A stretch of 63,358 nt of DNA, the filler included, from Olpidium bornovanus S191 (Eukaryota; Fungi; Olpidiomycota): the NCBI GenBank assembly GCA_017911155.1. It is 32 parts of 32 records of this genome, joined end to end, with 100 filler letters (N's around TTAATTAATTAA, not from the genome) between each part and the next. Parts side by side here need not be neighbours in the genome. Positions count along the whole stretch, not along the records: positions 21,893 to 26,619 come from JAEFCI010007417.1; positions 26,720 to 28,133 come from JAEFCI010013299.1; positions 28,234 to 29,722 come from JAEFCI010013029.1; positions 29,823 to 33,980 come from JAEFCI010004655.1; positions 34,081 to 36,512 come from JAEFCI010007492.1; 27 more parts are not named here. One strand, given 5' to 3'. Below, in pieces: positions 23,663 through 34,257 of the stretch (positions within the stretch are counted from its first letter, which is position 1; each line of letters opens with the position of its first letter). The notes below the pieces were generated by a model. The model had not been told where the DNA came from. It saw only the letters and a program-made list of their open reading frames with translations, and made no database searches. The translations under genes were made by a program, and so were the position numbers.

Positions 23663-24842
23663 CTATCCTGCGTAGAAGAGCGGCTTTTTCACGTTCATCC
23701 CGTGTTCGCTCAATGCGGCCGAGAGGTCAGCAATTGTGAGCGTGGTTTTCTTTTAATTTCCAACAAAAAGGAAAAACGACGGAAAACGAGGGCGAACGGG
23801 TGGGTTTCTTCTTTTTTTTTGGAAGACCTCCGAAAAGAAACGATCTCCCCAAACGCAGGAAAAAACGCCTTCTCGCCGGACCCCTTCCCAAATCTGAAAC
23901 GGAACGCACCTTTGTCGGTCCCTTCTTAGACCCCTGCTGCCTAACTTTGCAGTGGTGGTACGCGTCCGTCGCGATGTCAGACATGAACTTTTGCGCGGCC
24001 AGCGCGAGGAGGCGTTTCCTGGTGGAGGGGAGGAGCGGACAGGTTCCTCCCAAAAGTCAGGGCGCAAAGCACGGGTCCTCCCGCGTTGGCGAAAGAAACC
24101 CCCAGCCCGTGCGATAATGGCCGCCCTCTCTTCGGGGAGGCAAAACGATAGGCCAAAAGCAAAAGCGCAATAAAAGGCTCCGTACGTTCTCACGTCGTCG
24201 CAGTCGAACCCTGCTTTGTTAAGATAATAGTCCATGACGAGGTCCGGGATCTAGAAGGCGACGGCGGGTCGAATCAGTCGTGCGGAAGTGGGAAGGAGCG
24301 GGCGGGGGGCCGCATCCGTCACCTGTCGAAAAGTCGGGGAGGGCACCGCCGACGAGGCGAGGTAAGGCATTCTGTCCCTTTCCGGCCGTCCGGAACACGG
24401 GGGGTGGTGGAATTGAAGAACGCGCCGTAGACCGGCGCGCGCGCGGGCGCGCGGCGCCCCTCCGTCGATGGATACGGGCGCGGAGAAAGCGAACGGCGGC
24501 CAAAACACGCACCACCGGGGTGTACTCGTCGATCACCCCCAGGAATTCCGCGAGGGCCCTGTCCCGCTTGTCCGCCTCCGCGTCGAGCCGCGAGGGACGG
24601 CGCGGCGGACCCTCCTCCTTCCCGCCCCCCTCGCACTTGCCGCCGCCGGCGGCGGCGTCCTCGCCCGGCGGCGCCTCGTCGGCCTCCGCGGGCGAGTCCT
24701 CGGGCGGGCGCGCGGCGGCGTCTCGGGCGGGGCGGGCGGGGGCGTCGGCGGCTGCGGTGTCGGCGGGCGGCGCGGCGGTCCCGGGCGGCTCGGAAGCGGG
24801 CGGGGAGGCGGCGGCGGCGGCGGCGGCGGCGGGAGAAGACAT
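23663..24842 (-). CDS. TAF10: TFIID/SAGA subunit TAF10, four exons, complete
   Basis: LAEFLGVIDEYTPV|IPDEVMDYYLNKAGFDCDDVR|KRLLALAAQKFMSDIATDAYHHCK|TLTIADLSAALSEHGMNVKKPLFY-stop. Confidence 0.95.
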
Positions 24843-25018
24843 TGCGAGACCGGGTCAGGGAGGAGGAGGAGGAGGAGGGCGAGGCCGCGTGGCTGCTGCG
24901 GGTGCGGTCCGGTCGCGCTCTCTCTCTCTGTCTCTCGCTCTCGCTCTCGTTCTCGTTCTCTCCCTTCGTCCGCGCGGGCGAAGCCAAACCCGCCCCGCCT
25001 CGGTTGCCCGTCCCCATG

Positions 25019-25043
25019 ATTGGTCACGTGACTTCCGCCATTT
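25019..25043. promoter_or_regulatory. Motif cluster in the divergent TAF10/thiolase promoter: ATTGG (CCAAT box) overlapping palindromic GTCACGTGAC
   Basis: gATTGGTCACGTGACttccgccatt lies in the 321-bp gap between two head-to-head ATGs. Confidence 0.5.
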
Positions 25044-25066
25044 CTTTCTCACGCTGCCCTCGGCGC

Positions 25067-25120
<54 letters not shown>

Positions 25121-25163
25121 CCCCCCCCCCCCCCCCCCTCGCCCCCCCCCCCCCGACCGAAAA

Positions 25164-26576
25164 ATGGCGCCGCTCAAGAACGTGTACATCGTCGCCGCCA
25201 AGAGGACGCCCTTCGGTGAGAAGCGGGCGCCCCCCCCCGGCGGTGATAGGCCCTGCCGCGCGCAAGGGGAGGACCGGGGAAGCAGGGGATTCGGGGCACG
25301 AAAACGGAAAACGGAAAAAAGCCCGCATCATTTTTTTCGGCCCGAATCATTCTGACTCGCCGTTCCTTTATCTTTCGTTCCTTTTTCCCCCCGCGCTTTT
25401 CCCCGCGGCCGGCCTCTCTTCCCCGCCTCCCCCGCCCAAAGGCGCCTTCGGCGGAGCGCTGAAGCAGTACACGGCGAACTACCTCGGCGGCGTCGCCGCT
25501 GTCGCCGCGCTCAAGCAGCTGCCGGGCAACGTCAAGGTGGACTCGGTGATTTTCGGGAACGTCATCCAGACTTCGAAAGGTCCGTTCTTAATGTGGGGCC
25601 TTTCTCTTTTTTCTTCTTTTTTTTTTGCGCGGCGGACATATATATCCCGTTTTCCTCGGGTTGACCCGCTCAGCGTGCGACGATTTTTTTTTAATTTTTC
25701 TTATTTCTTCTTCTGCAGATGCCGCCTATCTCGCCCGCCACGTGGGCCACCGCGCCAACTTGCCCGTCGAAGTGCCGGCTTTGACGATAAACCGGCTCTG
25801 CGGGTCCGGGTTCCAAGCGGTCGTCAATGCGGCCCACGAGATCCTTTTGGGCGAGTCGGACGTGGTCCTTACCGGCGGGGCGGAGAGCATGAGCCAGGCT
25901 CCTTTTACCGCTCGCGACGTTCGGTGGGGCACTCGGTAAGAACCAAGCGCCGGTCGGGGCCGGCGGCCCTCCCCCCCGTTGAAAACTCGCTGCTGCTGTC
26001 GCAGACCTGTGTTTTTCGAGACGCCGCCTGCGTGCCGGCGTGTCGGTTTGCTGAAAACGTTGGAGGCAGTGCCGTCCATTGGCGGCGCGACAACACCTGC
26101 GGTTTTCTTTTTTTCCTTTTTTTTTTGTATCCGATTCTGGCCGCATGACAATGCCTGTGGCTTTTTTGTTTATTAATCAAGGTTCTGGCTGCGCGACAAT
26201 GCCTGTGGTTTTTTTTTTGGGCCGCCGCCTCTGGGCCGTCCGTTAATGCCTGTGACTCCTTTTCTTCTGTTTATGAATCGCCGCGTGCACGACGACGCCT
26301 GTGACTTTTTTTTTTAAACCTCGACTTTGGCCGCGCGACAATGCCTATGCCTCTCTCGCTCTCTCTCACTCACTCTCTCTCTTTTTTTTATTTTCCCCCT
26401 ACTCAGCCTTGGCGTTGACCTGACGTTGGAGGACACCCTGGCTACCGCGCTGGTGGACCAGTACCCCACGCCCTGCCCTATGGGCGTCACCGGGGAAAAC
26501 GTGGCAGAGAAACACGGAATTACGCGCGAAGAATGCGACAAATACGCCGTTCAGAGCCAGCAACGTTTTGCGGCAG
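25164..26576 (+). CDS. ACAA2: ACAA2-type mitochondrial 3-ketoacyl-CoA thiolase, N-terminal exons
   Basis: VYIVAAKRTPFG|AFGG, YLARHVG, PALTINRLCGSGFQ (catalytic Cys), ESMSQAP, LEDTL, ITREECDKYAVQSQQR. Confidence 0.9.
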
Positions 26577-26884
26577 GTACGAATTTCGTCGGGGGCAGAA
26601 GGGGGGGGGGGGGGGGGGGNNNNNNNNNNNNNNNNNNNNNNNNNNNNNNNNNNNNNNNNNNNNTTAATTAATTAANNNNNNNNNNNNNNNNNNNNNNNNN
26701 NNNNNNNNNNNNNNNNNNNATGGCAAACCCGAGGCCTCCTCCTCCTTTCTCTTTGAGAAGGTCTCCCTTGACTGCGGAAGCAGCGCGGGGTGTGTTCAGG
26801 CTCTCTCTCACCCGAGGAGAAGGCGGGCGGGCGGGCGGGAGGCGGCGGCGGAGGCGGGCCGGCATAACCCGCCCTCGCTCTTTC

Positions 26885-26929
<45 letters not shown>

Positions 26930-27040
26930 GTCTCGTCTGCCGCACACACACACACACACACACACAAGCCACCCTCCCCCCCCCTCACCCTCGCCCGACA
27001 GAAGAGGAAAAAAAAAAAAAAAAAAAAAAAAAAAGAAGAA

Positions 27041-27808
27041 ATGTCGGACGCCGACGACGACTCGCGCGCGGCCTCGGATCCCCGCAAGCGCGGCTTGGAT
27101 CTGGAGGACGACTCTTCCGCCTCCGACGACGGCCGCGGTCCGTGCGGCGGCGAGCCCTCCGGCGATCGCGGCCCCCCGGGGGCGGCCGGCCCGGCCAGGA
27201 GGAGGAAGAGGCTGGCGGTGGGCGGAGGCGCCCGGTCTCCGGCGGACGAGGCCGGGCTCAAGCGGGACGGCGGCGTCGACGGCGAGGCGGCCGCCGCAGG
27301 GGAGGAGGAGGACGAGTCCCGCGTCGAGCCGGCTGCGCTGGCCGGCTTGCCCGCCGAGCCGCTCGGCCCGGGGTTGCCGCCGCTGGCGAACACGGAGGGA
27401 GGAGCCCCGGGGACGGCAGCAGCAGGAGATGCGGGCGGCAACTTCGGCGGGGAAGGCGGAGCCGGGCTGTCGTCCACACCCACTCCGAGCGCCGTTACTG
27501 CGCTCGGAGGTGCCGCCGCCGCCGCCCCCGCCCCCGCCGCCGCCGCCGCCGCCGCATCCTCCCCGGCGGCACCGGCTCTGCACGCGATTGGCACGCAAGA
27601 CGACCAGAACCCCGCCAACGTGCCGTTCCCGTTATCGGTGCGGTGCCTCGTGACCACGAAGGACGCAGGTGTCATCATAGGGAAAGGCGGCAAGAACGTC
27701 AGCGAGATCCGGACGAGGTCGCAGGCGAAGATCACGATATCGGACATGGTCCCCGGCGCGCAAGAACGCATCCTGACCGTGGCTGGACCGGTGGACGTGG
27801 TTGCCCAG
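27041..27808 (+). CDS. KH-domain RNA-binding protein (Pbp2/Rnc1/hnRNP K-like), first exon
   Basis: VRCLVTTKDAGVIIGKGGKNVSEIRTRSQAKITISDMVPGAQERILTVAG contains the GxxG KH loop. Confidence 0.88.
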
Positions 27809-28233
27809 GTGAGAAGATAAAAATGCGGAGGAGGGAGAAGGGGGGGGGGGAGAAGGAGGAAGTTTTCTAGACGGCTGGTTTGTGGTTGCGAGGAAAAGCT
27901 GTGTGTCCGACCTGCGGTGCCGCCTTGCGGAGCGTACGGGGGGGCAAACGCGTCGAAATGCGGTACGGTGTCCCAGAGGGCGAAATACATCGTTTGAGCC
28001 TGTTCTGGAAGGCATGAATTAAACGTCCGACGAGAAGTGGTGTGTCGTTCCGGCTGGCCGAGCATGCGATCCCATCCTTCGTCGGCTCTCGTTAACCGTC
28101 GTGCACGCGTACGCTTCTTTTCGCCCTCTCTCCNNNNNNNNNNNNNNNNNNNNNNNNNNNNNNNNNNNNNNNNNNNNTTAATTAATTAANNNNNNNNNNN
28201 NNNNNNNNNNNNNNNNNNNNNNNNNNNNNNNNN

Positions 28234-29282
28234 CATGGGTCGACGCGCTCGTGTACGCAGCTTTGGCCGCGGCGAATTTACCGTCTCGGAAAGCGCGGTT
28301 GCCCTCCTCGCGCTTGCTCTTAGCCGCCGCCCAGTGCTGCTCGGGAGTCTCCGCGACCTCCTCGAAACCGAGAACCTCGACCTCGAACTTCAGAGTGGAG
28401 TTCGCCGGGATATTGGGAGGGGAGCCCGCGGCCCCGTACGCTGCGCGGAAGCGGACCCGACCGAGCGGGGCGCGTCGTTATTCCGGGTCCGACCCCTGCC
28501 TTCGTTTCAGAGCCCAAGGAAATCCGAAAGGGGTTTTCACCGCTGAGGGGAGGGGGGGGGGGGCAGTGACGCACCGTATTCGGGCTTGCATAGCAGCTCG
28601 GCCAGCTCTCCCACTCGCATGGACTGCACGCCGACATCCCAGCCCTTGATTACCTGGCCTGCGCGCCAACACACCAGGTTAAGACCCCGTTCTCACCGAG
28701 CGACCGGCGTGGCGAACTGCTCGGGCGTCGGTGGCGCGGGCGGGCGCGTGCTCCTCCTTCACGTTACCTTGGCCGAGCCTGAAGTTGAAAGGCGCGTCCC
28801 TGTCGCGCGAGGCGTCGAACTTCTTTCCCGAGGGGTAAAGCGTTCCGACGTAGTGCACTGGGCGGCCGCAGCGGGGCGAAGAGCCGTGAGACGCGCGGTC
28901 GGACCAGTCCGCGAAACGCAGAAAAAAAAAAAGGCGGCCCGGAGACACCCGCGGAGACAGACGGAAGGACGAAAAGCGCGCGCGCGCGCGACTTCTCCTT
29001 TCCAGCAAACAGACGGAGGAACGCACCTTCGACGTTCGCTCCCTTCGGGACCGACTCGCCGGATCCCTCCTTGAGGACGCGCTTCTTGAGGCCGCCGTCC
29101 TCGGTAAGAGCCACGAAGCCTTCTTCCCCGCCGACGTCCGCCTCCTCGCCGGGAGCCTCAAGCGGCGGGGCGGCGGCGGCGGCGGCGGCGGCGGCCTTCA
29201 GCGAATGCACGTCGGGCGAGGCTGGCGCGTCAGGGGCGGTTCCGAGGGCGCCCACGTCGGCGGCAGCGTCGACCTGGGTCAT
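28234..29282 (-). CDS. FKBP-type PPIase followed by TPR start (FKBP51/52-like), 3' truncated
   Basis: [72 protein letters not shown], then [21 protein letters not shown]. Confidence 0.9.
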
Positions 29283-29545
29283 GGCGTCCGGAGGGGTTGG
29301 GGGGGGGGGGCGTGGCGTGCGGGCTCTGACGGGGGTCGGGGGAGCAGTGTGTTCCCAAGGCGGGCGGCAGTACGGGGACTGGACGGGTAGGAAGGGGGCG
29401 GAGGCGGGGGAAGGGGAAAAGGGGGACCCTCAGCCGGGTGAGAGAGACGGGGGACCGGAGGGGAAAAGGGGCCCGCCGCTTCCTCCTTTATCCCCCCCCC
29501 CCCCCTCCCCCCCCCCCCCCCCCCCCCCCCCCGGGCCCCCCGCCC

Positions 29546-29608
<63 letters not shown>

Positions 29609-29822
29609 AAAAAGAAGAGAGCTTCTTACCGAAGGAGAAGCAGCGACAGAAGGAGGAGGGAGTTTGGGGGTTGGCGCGGGGCAGGTTGTGAAGGTCCATG
29701 CCGCTTGGCGCAGGCGAAGAACNNNNNNNNNNNNNNNNNNNNNNNNNNNNNNNNNNNNNNNNNNNNTTAATTAATTAANNNNNNNNNNNNNNNNNNNNNN
29801 NNNNNNNNNNNNNNNNNNNNNN

Positions 29823-30196
29823 ACCGTCACGTGGGTCATCGGCTCCCATGCATACGAGTTGGACATCCCAAGGGGTGTCCACAAGTTGTTTCATGCTTCC
29901 TTGCGCCGCCACACGGCCGTTGACCCGCTCTTCACAATCCCAGCCCGACACTCGACCGCCCGCCATTGTTTCAGACGGCGACGACAATGGCGAGTTTTTT
30001 TTTCGAGGAAATCCTCCAGGCGGAGATCCACGCCCGCGGGCAACGTTATGCCCTCATCATGTGGACCGGTTGGCAGACGCCCACCTGGGGGCCGGTTACT
30101 GCCATCACCGACACCGCCGCCCTCGACCGTTATGAGGCTCGCTACGGCCCCATCGTCACGCATGACGGGCCCCCACGGCCCCCACGCCGCCCTTAG
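29823..30196 (+). mobile_element. Chromovirus (Ty3/gypsy) integrase C-terminus plus chromodomain, frameshifted
   Basis: VIGSHAYELDIPRGVHKLFHASL, then after a T-run shift EEILQAE..RYALIMWTGWQTPTW..DTAALDRYEARYGP. Confidence 0.8.
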
Positions 30197-30200
30197 CCGT

Positions 30201-30513
30201 GGAGAGGGGGGGGGGTAGTGTCACGGGCTGTGCCGCCCCCGGTGTCGGAGAAAATCGGTGCCCGACCCCCGAGTCACGTGCACGGCTTGCACATCGAAAA
30301 GATCATCAAACGCACCTAGGATGGGGGGGGGTAGTGTCACGGGCTGTGCCGCCCCCGGTGTCAGAGAAAATCGGTGGCCCACCCCCGAGTCACGTGCACG
30401 GCTTGCACATCGAAAAGATCATCAAACGCACGTAGGATAGTTCCCTTAGCTGCCGAAAATAATAAACAAAGGAAGGAACGGACCTTAGTTTTCCTCCCGG
30501 ATGCCTCGCGACA
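30201..30513 (+). mobile_element. PPT and 3' LTR of the chromovirus (LTR 30335-30513, TGTCACG...CGCGACA), preceded by a 116-bp duplicate of the PPT and LTR start
   Basis: Purine tract GGAGAG(G)n then TGTCACGG at 30219 and again at 30335; AATAAA; terminal inverted repeat with one mismatch. Confidence 0.8.
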
Positions 30514-31062
30514 GCTGTAGACCACGACGGGCTGCCGGTACGCTTCTTGGGACAGGGCGTGAGTGCGACGTTTCGGCCTTCCTGGGACCAGCCATAGGGC
30601 GCGTCGGTGCGGTGTTCGAAGGGACCATCAAAGGCCAGAGCGCTACAAAGGTAAGCACCGAACCCACTCTTCCAGTTCCCCGGGGTAAGTCACCCCGCTG
30701 TGCCAGCACCACCACGCAGCATAGGCCCCCGCCATCCCGTCTCCGCTGCCATCCCTACGAAGAGGGGCTTGTACTCTTGACACCGGCGGGGTGTGCCCCC
30801 GCGCCACCGCCGTGTGGTCCAGAAGGGCGGACTGCGCCGCCCGGGTGTTGTCGCAGGTGATCCCCGACTCGCCGGCGGTGCTAGCCCCCCCTAGGAATAG
30901 CGCCACCCCCCTCACCGGCGCTGCCGCCGTGACCGGTAAACATAACACCCCGCCGGCACCGACAATCGGTTAGAAGAACTCACCACCGGTGTGCCGTGGC
31001 ACTGTACACCACCCCGACCGCCGCCCAAGGCCGCCAAGGAGGAAACCACAGAAGGTGTGGCA

Positions 31063-31499
31063 GCGGGCGGCGGCGGGACTCGAGGACGGCGGGCGGCGGC
31101 GGGACTCGAGGACGGCGGGCGGAGGACTCGGAGGTGAGGACAGGGTGGTCCCGTGACCCGGGGCCGACCGATAGAGTTGCCCCCCTTCCGTAACTACACC
31201 ACACGCAGTACCCCACCGCCAACCACATCCCCCCTCCTTGGTAAAAGAGACTGCCCCCGTGCGTAACTGCACAAGCACGGAGCCCCACGTGGGGACCACC
31301 ACCGCGCGGGAGAAGAACCGCGACTGCAACCGCATCTGCGATCGTGAGGATGAGGAACGACTCTGCTGTCGTCCTGCCCCTCCGCTCGACCTCGACAGGC
31401 ATAAGTAGTGCCCTTGACGTCGAGCCCCACTTTGTTCTCGACTTCGATTCCCCACTTTGCCCTCGACTTCGATTCCCCACTTTGACCTCGACTTCGATC
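31063..31499. repeat. Two minisatellites: 26-bp x~2.5 (31063-31130) and 25-bp x3 (31425-31499)
   Basis: gcgggcggcggcgggactcgaggacg and ccccactttg(n)ctcgacttcgatt units. Confidence 0.8.
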
Positions 31500-31995
31500 C
31501 CGAGCCTTACTGTACTCATTAGCCCTCGTCACCGTACCTGTAGCATCCCGCGCAGACCTGACGAGGAAGAATAATAAAACATTCCAACCTAGCCGCAGTA
31601 CAACCGGCCACCTCCATCCCCCCTACTCTACCGTTACCTCTCGCATCCTCCCCGAGCCCGAAGCTAAACAATCGTCTTCGTAAAGAGAACCCGCCTTTGA
31701 GCCGTCTGCGGTCCTTCTCGGCAGGCCCGCCACAGGCTTGAGTACCGACACTGGCTGGGGGATTTTACGAAAATGCTGCTCTGTGTAAGCTTGACTTGTA
31801 TTAAAGTTTGTTTGGCACAGGGTAGCTGCCTGCTGCTCCGCGTTGGCGTACTTCTTCTGTTATTAAAGGTTGTGGTAATATGCACGTTGACCCTTTTGAT
31901 GATTCGGGTTATTTGGATCAAATTTTACTGGTTCCCGAGTCTTTGAAATGCCCGGCACCTTTACCCTTTTTTGAGGAACTAATGCTGGCGGGTCA

Positions 31996-32333
31996 GTGTG
32001 GAAGTCTGTGCGGCGAGTTGTGGGGTCCGCCCACGAGAAACAGGAGGGGTTACAAGGGATACATGACAAACCCGAGTTTGGCTACCGTGGCATCGAGCGC
32101 ACCTACTTGAAAGCAAGGGAACGCCACTGGTGGAAAGGAATGAGGAAAGACATTGAGGAATTCGTACAGGCTTGTCCACAATGCCAGTTTTACTGTAAGA
32201 AACGACTCTATGACGAGCTGCATCCGATTTACACACTCGCGCTGTGCTTCTCGTGGGCCCTGGATATTGTCGTGATGTCTCCCGCATATGGCTTTCAATA
32301 TCTCGTCCTTGCACGGGAAGAACTCACGGGGTG
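31996..32333 (+). mobile_element. Ty3/gypsy integrase remnant (zinc-binding domain plus start of core)
   Basis: IHDKPEFGYRGIERTY..RHWWKGMRKDIEEFVQACPQCQ, WALDIVVM, YLVLAREELTGW; second His lost; truncated. Confidence 0.85.
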
Positions 32334-32410
32334 GAGCACTTCGCCCGCCGATTTTTACCCCTGAACTCCTCTCTATAAAACAGGGTAGATTCACGGAATA
32401 AACGAGCCCC
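32334..32410 (+). repeat. ~78-bp dispersed element, copy 1
   Basis: gagcacttcgcccgccgatttttacccctgaa..tataaaac..ataaacgagcccc; near-identical reverse copy at 58142-58220. Confidence 0.85.
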
Positions 32411-34080
32411 GGTGGAGTTCTCCTCCCCGAAAAAAGCACGGGAATCCTACACTTTGTCCCCACACTCCCGCTTTACATTGGTAGCAAGTAATCTTTCGTC
32501 TTGTCGTTCGGCAGGCGGCCTCCGCGCCCGTGATGTCCGAACGCGGTCTGGTGCCGTTCCATTCTTTGGTCCGAAATTGACAGGATCAAAGTGTCTGTCC
32601 ACATCCGTGGGTTACCATCGAACAGTTCGATGATTCGATTGTTTTCCGGGACCCACGGTTGGTAGGGCCTTGCTCGTCTCGGAGTACCCCGAATCATGAT
32701 GAGCTTCTCGGTGGCCCTTTCCCATGACCGTGCCACGATCCTCCTTCGGTACGTGGGCGAGTACCATGCTGTTTGTGATACAGAGGTTGTCGTGTTTATG
32801 CGGTTCTTTCCGAAAAACTCCTGAATGTTGGATCCCTTCCGCCCAGATACTTGTGGGGGGGTGTGGGGGGGGGGAACTTGACATACAAGTACAACTTATG
32901 GCCCACCACAGCTCGTCGACTGCACGGGTCGACCGTGCCGGGTCGACTGCAAGAGCAAACATTACGGGTGTTGTGGTGTGTCTGTGCTTGGGTGGGGAGA
33001 GAGAATTTCTCCAGTTTGAATCTCTTCTGCGCACGCCAAGTGATCACGCCTGTTCACGTGCACCAAAGCTAGTTCTGCTGTGGCGTAGTAGAATCCTTTC
33101 AGAGAGCTCCAACTCCGGTTGGGCCGTGGTAGGGCGGCGCTTCGGCACCTTCTGAGATTGCTGTAGGTGTCATTTTTGTGTCGATGGTGTTCGCAGCGCT
33201 GGCGTCGACGGCCTTCTGACTCAGGCGTTGCCACGCGGGGACTGCATAACCAGTTCCAAAGTAAACGGCTTCGGCGTCGTTGAAGTTGGGTCCCCACCTC
33301 CGGCGCCCGCTCCGACAGACGGCCGCGCCCTCCCTTGCCATGCGTTCTCGGCTCGGCCTCTCTCGTTCCATCTCATTTTTTCCAAGAGTTGGAAATAGCT
33401 CAAAAAAAGCGAGTCAATGGTCCTTCACCACTGCCACAATTGTACCATACTATACTAATTATCGTACAATACTATAAATTGTATATAGAATTATCCTGAA
33501 CCATTCAAGTCCGCACATTTCGCGGTTTGATGCCGAAGAGGCAAGGCAACTCACCGTGGTGGGTAAAACTCCGGCGTTCAAATGAAAGCTCACACTCATC
33601 ACTGGAGCCGGCGTCCTACGCATTGGAACGTTGACAGATGAAATGGGGAAAGCGCTTCCATGTATTTGCCATGTGGCTTGGTCGTGGGGCTGTCCCGTGG
33701 CCCATTAACACCTTGTCACACAAAAATCGGCTGCAGAGGCTGATGTCCCACATGGCCACAAAAAACTTCGTCCGTCAAATTCACCTCGAAACGACCCACA
33801 CCAGCCCACGGCAAGATGCAAACGCTTTTAGACGTCCCCCGACGATAAAGAAGCTAGTACATGATGAAAGCTCCCAATAATGCGCGACGAACATCTTTCG
33901 CGCACCTTGGTGTTGCCAATCGGCATCGCCCAGGAGATTGGCCCCAACGAAAGAAATTCCGAAGTAAGCCAACGGCACCCNNNNNNNNNNNNNNNNNNNN
34001 NNNNNNNNNNNNNNNNNNNNNNNNTTAATTAATTAANNNNNNNNNNNNNNNNNNNNNNNNNNNNNNNNNNNNNNNNNNNN

Positions 34081-34172
34081 CTTGCGCGGAGGACGCCGGG
34101 TTGACGGTGAACGCCCAGACGGTGGTGTGCTCGGCAAAGACGCCGTCCATGCCAAATCCGCCGGGGAAAAAG

Positions 34173-34204
<32 letters not shown>

Positions 34205-34222
34205 AACCCAAACCCCCCGGGG

Positions 34223-34257
<35 letters not shown>

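Noticed and set aside
31511-31602. TGTACT...AGTACA 92-bp segment with AATAAA as a mini-LTR
   Set aside because: Only a 6-bp inverted repeat, and no TSD, PPT or PBS.
32473-33980. Short ORFs in the distal part of contig 17
   Set aside because: Frames break repeatedly with no recognisable domain; possibly a pseudogene, but unsupported.
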